Shown piece after piece: positions 58,225-64,000 of a stretch of DNA of 64,000 nucleotides; position 1 is the stretch's first letter, and the number at the start of each line of letters is the position of its first letter. The position numbers were made by a program, and so were the translations under genes. The stretch comes from Candidatus Multivoradales bacterium (GTDB taxonomy: Bacteria > Acidobacteriota > Thermoanaerobaculia > Multivoradales > Multivoraceae). The notes under the pieces are model-generated. The model was given only the letters and a program-made list of their open reading frames with translations, did not search any database and was not told the DNA's origin. The stretch covers positions 928,001 through 992,000 of the forward strand of contig CBDCWI010000001.1 in the NCBI GenBank assembly GCA_965223325.1, read 5' to 3'.

Positions 58225-58947
58225 GTGCAACCCTCTCGATCTGCCCTCACCGTCGACCAATCCACCCGGACTCTTCTTCTCCGCGCCGGCGAACGCCTGT
58301 TCGCAGAAACTGGGATTGCAGGAACGTCGACGCGCGCCATCCTGCGCGCAGCGGGTCAGCGCAACGAATCGGCGCTGCACTACCACTTCGGCGGCCGCGA
58401 GGGCCTCATCGAAGCGATCTATGCCGAACGCGGTGCCGAAGTGAACGAGGAGCGTCGCGCACTCCTCGCCGAGCTTCACGAGAACGGCGACCCTCTGAGC
58501 GTCCGGCAACTGTGCAGAGTGGCCTTCATGCCGCCGGTCCACCTGGCGCGCCGGGACCCCGACTTCTACTGCTTCCTCAAGCTCGTCGGACAGATCGCCT
58601 TCGCGCCCAACGAAACCCTCAAGGCGGCCCAGAAACGCTACGAGCTCGACAGCGTGGCGGAGGTTCTAGAGCTGTTCAAGGCGGCGCTCGACTTGCCGGA
58701 AGCACTTGCACTCCGGCGGCTGGAATTGCTCCATCGTATGGCCGCCACCACACTCGCCCAACGCGCACGCAACAACCAGAGCTTCAAAGGCCGCGCAGCA
58801 GACTTCTACTTCCACACCACCCTCGATGCCATGTCGGCCATGCTGACGACGCCGCCGTCGCCCGAGACTCTCCAGGTTCTCGAGCGCCGCTCAAGGAAGG
58901 GTTCAAAGAGAAGACGCTCGCGTGCAAAAGGCGGGGCCACATCATGA
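58225..58947 (+). CDS. TetR/AcrR family transcriptional regulator
   Basis: LLRAGERLFAETG...STRAI..AAGQRNESALHYHFGGREGL HTH. Confidence 0.92.
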   Translation: MQPSRSALTVDQSTRTLLLRAGERLFAETGIAGTSTRAILRAAGQRNESALHYHFGGREGLIEAIYAERGAEVNEERRALLAELHENGDPLSVRQLCRVAFMPPVHLARRDPDFYCFLKLVGQIAFAPNETLKAAQKRYELDSVAEVLELFKAALDLPEALALRRLELLHRMAATTLAQRARNNQSFKGRAADFYFHTTLDAMSAMLTTPPSPETLQVLERRSRKGSKRRRSRAKGGATS

Positions 58948-60608
58948 CCCGGCGCGCGAAGGTCATCGTCTCGACGGTTTTCGTTCTCATCGCCCTTTCA
59001 GTGATCGCCTGGAGCAACCGACTCGACATCATGCTGGCGCTGATCGAGTTCCAGCAACAGCGCGCAATCGACATCGGCCCCACCCAGGAGATCGTCTGGG
59101 ATCGCGGGGCGGACCCACGAGGTCGGCCGACCGAAGAGCGGCCGCCCAACATCGTGGTCATCATGGCCGACGACCTGGGTTGGAACGACCTCTCGTGGTT
59201 GGGCGGCGGCGTCGCTGGCGGCAGCGTGCCGACCCCCAACATCGATTCGCTGGCACGAGATGGCGCGCAGTTCAGAAACGGCTACGCCGCCAACGGCACC
59301 TGCGCACCCTCGCGCGCCGCGCTCATGACCGGTCGCTACGCGACTCGCTTCGGTTTCGAGTTCACCCCGACCCCCGCCGGGATGATCTCGACCGTCGCCC
59401 GTCTCGGCAACCAGCAGCCCGGCAGGCTCCGGGAGTCGACCCTCGTCGAAGGCCCGACATCGATGGCCTACGACGACATGGGCATGCCACCGTCTGAGAT
59501 CACCATCGCCGAGATGCTGCAACAGGCCGACTACCACACCGTGCATATCGGCAAGTGGCATCTCGGCCGAAACGGCGGCATGGCACCGCACGACCAGGGA
59601 TTCGACGAGAGCCTGCTGATGGTGAGCGGCCTCTACCTGCCCGAAGACGACCCGCGAGTGGTCAATTCGAAGCAGGACTTCGACCCCATCGATCAGTTCC
59701 TGTGGCGCGCCATGTCCTATGCCGCCTCGTGGAACGGCGGCCCCGCCTTCGAGCCCGACGGCTACCTCACCGACTACTACACCGACCAGGCGGTCTCCGC
59801 CATCGAAGCCAACCGCGAGCGGCCCTTCTTCCTCTACCTGGCGCACTGGTCGGTTCATACACCGCTGCAAGCCCTTCGCGAGGACTACGACGCGCTGGCC
59901 CACATCGACGATCACCGTCTGCGGGTCTACGCCGCGATGGTGCGCTCGCTCGATCGCAGCGTCGGTCGAGTGCTCCAGGCGCTCTCTGATTCCGGGCTCG
60001 AAGAAAACACGTTGGTCTTCTTTACCTCGGATAACGGCGCGCCTGCCTACATCGGTCTACCGAGAGTCAACGAGCCATTTCGCGGCTGGAAGATCACCTT
60101 CTTCGAAGGCGGCATTCATGTGCCCTACTTCATCAAGTGGCCGGCGAGAATCCCTTCCGGCCTGGTCTTTGATGCTCCCGTACACGGGTTCGACATCTTT
60201 TCGACCGCCGCCTCGGCAGCTGGCGTCGCTCTACCGGGCGATCGAGCAATCGACGGCAAGGACCTGGTTCCATACGTTCTCGGCGAGGTCGAAGGAGAGC
60301 CGCACGAAAAGCTCTTCTGGCGCACCGGCAACTACCAGGTCGTACTGGCCGATGGCTGGAAGCTCCAGCAGAGCGACCCACCAGGCAACGACTTCTTGTT
60401 CAACCTGGCGGTCGACCCCACCGAACAGAACAACCTCGCCACCCAGGAGCCCGAGCGCGTCGCCGCTCTTCGGGCGCTCCTGGAAGCCCACAACCGGGAA
60501 CAGGTGCCCCCTTCCTGGCCATCGCTTCTCAAGTCGCCAATCAATATCGACAAGACCGGCGACCAGCCGGACGCGCCTTCTGACGACTACATCTACTGGT
60601 ACAACTAG
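58944..60608 (+). CDS. Sulfatase (Cys-type) with N-terminal anchor
   Basis: MADDLG, CAPSRAALMTGR, GKWHLG, TSDNG, EGGIHVP; ATGA overlap with the TetR stop. Confidence 0.92.
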   Translation: MTRRAKVIVSTVFVLIALSVIAWSNRLDIMLALIEFQQQRAIDIGPTQEIVWDRGADPRGRPTEERPPNIVVIMADDLGWNDLSWLGGGVAGGSVPTPNIDSLARDGAQFRNGYAANGTCAPSRAALMTGRYATRFGFEFTPTPAGMISTVARLGNQQPGRLRESTLVEGPTSMAYDDMGMPPSEITIAEMLQQADYHTVHIGKWHLGRNGGMAPHDQGFDESLLMVSGLYLPEDDPRVVNSKQDFDPIDQFLWRAMSYAASWNGGPAFEPDGYLTDYYTDQAVSAIEANRERPFFLYLAHWSVHTPLQALREDYDALAHIDDHRLRVYAAMVRSLDRSVGRVLQALSDSGLEENTLVFFTSDNGAPAYIGLPRVNEPFRGWKITFFEGGIHVPYFIKWPARIPSGLVFDAPVHGFDIFSTAASAAGVALPGDRAIDGKDLVPYVLGEVEGEPHEKLFWRTGNYQVVLADGWKLQQSDPPGNDFLFNLAVDPTEQNNLATQEPERVAALRALLEAHNREQVPPSWPSLLKSPINIDKTGDQPDAPSDDYIYWYN

Positions 60609-60712
60609 CGCCCCTGCTGCACCATCGTCGGGTTCTGGTTTCCTGACACGATGGGGCCTCCTCCCCCACCCGTTCCGTCGCCTGGACGCTCAAACAGCGA
60701 AAGGAAGTCGTC

Positions 60713-62056
60713 ATGGCAACAGCCAGGCTGGCGCGAGTCTTGACCTTCTGGGACGTCTTCTTCATCGCCGTCGGACAGATCATCGGCGCAGGGGTCGTCG
60801 CGCTGACCGGGGTCGCGATTGGCATGACCGGGCCATCGGTCGTCCTGGCCTACTTCTTTGCCGCTCTCCTGGTGCTCGTGGTCACCGTGCTCATCATGGT
60901 TGCCGGAACGGCGCTGCCGGCAACCGGCGCGTACTACGTCTGGGCTTCACGTCTCGGCGGCGGCTGGTTGGGATCGCTGGTGCTGTCGCTGGTTCTTTTG
61001 GCGAGCATTTCGCTCAGCCTGTACGGCAGTTCTTTCGGCCTCTACTTGAACCCGATCTTCCCGGCCCTGTCGGTCAACCAATGGGGGGTCGTGGTGATCG
61101 GGGTGTTGTTTCTTGCCAACCTCCTCGGTCTGCGCATCGCCTCGCGGGTGCAGATTGTCCTGGTGGTGCTTCTGGTCTCCGCCCTGGCGCTGTACGCGGG
61201 CTTTGCCATCCCTCAGATTGACACTGCGTTGCTCTCCCCGATGTTTCCAGCCGGCATCACAGGCTTCGTCACCGCGGTCTTTCTGTTGAAGTTCGCGACC
61301 GGCGGCGCCTACATGATCGTCGGGCTCGGGGGTGAGATGCAGAATCCCCGGCGAACCATCCCGCTGGTCATGGTGACGGCGACGCTGGCTGTGGCGGTGA
61401 TCTACGGCTTCGTGGCGCTGGCCAGCGTAGGCGTGATCCCGTGGCGCGAAATGATCGACCAGCCGCTCACCGTAGCCGGAAAACAGTTCCTCCCTGGCTG
61501 GGCGATGACCTACTTCCTCGTTGCCGGTGCCGGCCTGGCGATCTGCACGACTCTCAATTCGCAGTTCATCCAGGTGCCACGCACCTTTCTGGTCGCCGCC
61601 TGGGATCAGCTCATTCCAGCCTGGGTCGGCAGGCTGAACCGTTTCGGTGCGCCCCACTTCCTGCTCTTGGGGATGCTCGCCATCGGTGTCGTTCCGCTCC
61701 TGGCCGGGCTCGAGATCGGAGCCATTGCCCGGGCGGCGACCATCTCAGCCAGCCTGCCCACTCTGGTGGTGTACTGGGTGATCACCCGCATCCCGCACAA
61801 GTACCCCAAGGCCTACGAGCGGTCGGTGTTCGCTCTCGGTCCGGTCTGGATGTGGTTGCTGTTTGTCCTATCGGCGGCGGCGAGTCTCGTCGGCGTGTAC
61901 TTCCTGTCGATCGACCTGCCCGTTTCAGTGATCTGGACGATGCTTGTTTGGACCGCGGTGTCACTCGCCTACTATCCGTTGCGGCGCCGGTACCTCGCCA
62001 GGAAAGGTCTCGACCTCGACGCATTGACGACCGACGACGAAGTCTTCGAACCCTGA
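60713..62056 (+). CDS. APC family permease
   Basis: About 12 TM; GQIIGAG, PATGAYY, GEMQNPRRTIP. Confidence 0.88.
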   Translation: MATARLARVLTFWDVFFIAVGQIIGAGVVALTGVAIGMTGPSVVLAYFFAALLVLVVTVLIMVAGTALPATGAYYVWASRLGGGWLGSLVLSLVLLASISLSLYGSSFGLYLNPIFPALSVNQWGVVVIGVLFLANLLGLRIASRVQIVLVVLLVSALALYAGFAIPQIDTALLSPMFPAGITGFVTAVFLLKFATGGAYMIVGLGGEMQNPRRTIPLVMVTATLAVAVIYGFVALASVGVIPWREMIDQPLTVAGKQFLPGWAMTYFLVAGAGLAICTTLNSQFIQVPRTFLVAAWDQLIPAWVGRLNRFGAPHFLLLGMLAIGVVPLLAGLEIGAIARAATISASLPTLVVYWVITRIPHKYPKAYERSVFALGPVWMWLLFVLSAAASLVGVYFLSIDLPVSVIWTMLVWTAVSLAYYPLRRRYLARKGLDLDALTTDDEVFEP

Positions 62057-62057
62057 G

Positions 62058-64000
62058 TCAGGCGGAATCGCCGAGACGACGAAGACCGAACAGCACCACC
62101 AGTGCGAGAAGGGCAAGCAGCCCGGTGGTCGACAAGGTTGGAATCACCGCAGCGAGACCGACCCGCGTCGAGTCACTGGCCACATCGCCGGCGGGGTTCG
62201 GATCAACGACTCCGGGGCCTGCCACCACCGACGCGGTGCTTTCGAGCGTGCCGGTGAACATCGCGTCGATCAGGCCTTCGGCGCTGTAGGTCACCTGACC
62301 CCCCGCGGCCAGGTAGACCACATCAGCGATGTCGGCGCTGCCTGATGCCGTACAGCTCGAGCCCGCGGTGGCAACGCAGGTCCAGGTGACCCCGCTGAGA
62401 GCCGCCGGGAAGGTGGTAGTGACCGTGGTCCCCGGTGCATCGCTCGGTCCGGCGTTTGAGACGACAATGGTGTAGGTGTGCAAATCGCCCGCCCCCGCCT
62501 GGGCTACCCCATCGGTGACGGTCAAGGTGAGGTCCGCCTCCGGCGCCAGGACCGTGTCGGCGTCGGTCGCGGAGTTGTTGCCCGGCGTCGGGTCGGTTCC
62601 CGAGGCGGTGACCGTCGCGGTGTTCGACAGGGTGCCAAGGAGAGCGGGATCGATCGAACAGGTCGCGGTGTAGGTCACTGAGCTTCCGACCGGAAGCGAC
62701 AGCGTCTCGGACAGATCACCTGATCCCGCAGCGGTGTTACCGGTCGCGCCGCCCGCCGCAGCGCTTGTGTAGGTGCAGCTGAGGGCAGCCGGGAACGAAT
62801 CGGTCAAGGTCGCCGCCGGATCGAGAACGGGCCCGGCGTTGGTCGTGACAATCGTGTAGACGATGCTGCCACCGGGGGCCGCCGAAACAACGCCGTCGGT
62901 CTTGGTCACTGACAGGTCAGTTCCCAGAGCCACGGTCACCATATTGCACGCGGTATCCGTCGAACAAAGATTCGTCGTGTCGAGGCACACCGTGTAGGTA
63001 CCAGCGGCGGCGTAGGTATGACTCGGGTTGGCGGCGGTCGAGGTGTTGCCATCGCCAAAGTCCCATAGATGTGAGTCGGCCAGAAGCGAGGCGTCGCTAA
63101 ACGTCGCGGTCAGGCCGCTCTGACTACTGCTCCAATCGGCAGTCGGGCCCTGTCCCAGATTTCTGATCACCGTGTCGGTACATACCCTGGACCAACCGGT
63201 GATCGTGGTCTCGAGCGAGGGGGCAAAAGGTCCCGTCGAAGCGTAGGCGTGACTGGGAGCGAGAGCGTTCTCGAGCGCACTGCCATCGTCGTAGTCCCAC
63301 TCGAAGGCCTGCTCGGGGGTACCGTTGAAGACCTCCTGGCTGTAGAAGCGGCTCGACGCAAAAGCGGAGCTGTTGTTGGTGAAGATCACGGTGTCGGGAG
63401 CCGCGAGGCAACCGGGCGCCGCTGCGAAGTCGGCGGTCAGATCGAACGTAACCGCGGGCTCGAAGAGCCAATCGGCATCGAAGTCATCCGGACCCACCGC
63501 CACGTCGGCGCCGTTGAACCAGGTGCCGAAAAGGTCGATGGCAGCCAGGTACTCTCCGGCGCCGTCATCGGCCGTGAAGTCATTCGAAACCAGGGCGATG
63601 TTGTCGGCGCTGTGGTTTTCCACCGCGAGCACATACGAAGCGTTGACCGTCACCGGCGAAGCGAACGTTGCCGTGTTCAAGAGCTCGGGGAGAGTCCCGG
63701 TGCCCACCTCGTTGCTCATCGTCACCACCACCGACCGGAGCGGTGCGGTTGGAAAACCGCTGGCATCGGCCAGGGAGATGGTCGCCGTCAGGTCGATCAT
63801 GTCACCGGGATTCGTGACCCAACCGTAGAAGTCGAACCCAGAGATCGTGACGGGACCCGGCGCCTCGAACAACTGGGCCACACCCTGCGCCGAGGTCGCA
63901 TTGTTGATGTTGAGTCCCTGCAGCACGGTGGCCTTGGCCGCCGAATAGAGAACGTTCTCGGAGGGGCAGGTGACGGTCCGGTTGCCGCCGAGCGGCGGGG
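62058..64000 (-). CDS. Surface protein with PKD and DUF11 domains and IPTL-CTERM sorting signal (5' end outside the window)
   Basis: WDFGDG...NPSHTY (PKD); DLSVTKTDG...YTIV..NAGP...DPTPGNNSATD (two DUF11); IPTLS + TM + RR. The frame stays open to the window edge. Confidence 0.88.
   Translation of the reverse strand, partial: PPLGGNRTVTCPSENVLYSAAKATVLQGLNINNATSAQGVAQLFEAPGPVTISGFDFYGWVTNPGDMIDLTATISLADASGFPTAPLRSVVVTMSNEVGTGTLPELLNTATFASPVTVNASYVLAVENHSADNIALVSNDFTADDGAGEYLAAIDLFGTWFNGADVAVGPDDFDADWLFEPAVTFDLTADFAAAPGCLAAPDTVIFTNNSSAFASSRFYSQEVFNGTPEQAFEWDYDDGSALENALAPSHAYASTGPFAPSLETTITGWSRVCTDTVIRNLGQGPTADWSSSQSGLTATFSDASLLADSHLWDFGDGNTSTAANPSHTYAAAGTYTVCLDTTNLCSTDTACNMVTVALGTDLSVTKTDGVVSAAPGGSIVYTIVTTNAGPVLDPAATLTDSFPAALSCTYTSAAAGGATGNTAAGSGDLSETLSLPVGSSVTYTATCSIDPALLGTLSNTATVTASGTDPTPGNNSATDADTVLAPEADLTLTVTDGVAQAGAGDLHTYTIVVSNAGPSDAPGTTVTTTFPAALSGVTWTCVATAGSSCTASGSADIADVVYLAAGGQVTYSAEGLIDAMFTGTLESTASVVAGPGVVDPNPAGDVASDSTRVGLAAVIPTLSTTGLLALLALVVLFGLRRLGDSA

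Overview
High-GC bacterial chromosomal segment, densely coding with about 50 genes and no rRNA, tRNA or CRISPR array seen. Several secreted proteins end in C-terminal domains or tails typical of Acidobacteriota, probably Thermoanaerobaculia (inference). Recognisable content: enoyl-CoA hydratase, murA, a form II CoxL/CoxS-like molybdoenzyme pair, a TM Ser/Thr kinase-TPR protein, a MoxR AAA plus AAA-vWA pair, a Tat-exported GGT-family enzyme, a ribose-type ABC importer, metY, an ABC-2 exporter, sigma54-driven amtB-glnK, a cobalamin riboswitch with a BtuB-like receptor, a RAYT-like HUH transposase between 19-bp inverted repeats, DUF1800/DUF1501, and a 13-kb catabolic block (CYP153, haloalkane dehalogenase, GST-like proteins, two sulfatases, TetR, APC permease). 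Best leads for something new: (1) a roughly 630-nt transcription unit at 36.24-36.91 kb with its own sigma70-like promoter, dense hairpins, only a 31-codon ORF and a terminator; (2) two paralogous exported Cys-containing proteins ending CGDPVIIIRD that face a receptor kinase lying downstream of an atypical MoxR/AAA-vWA pair; (3) a shared 17-bp operator that links the TetR to both divergent promoters of the catabolic block. All calls come from reading motifs by eye, with no database searches; start codons are best estimates.
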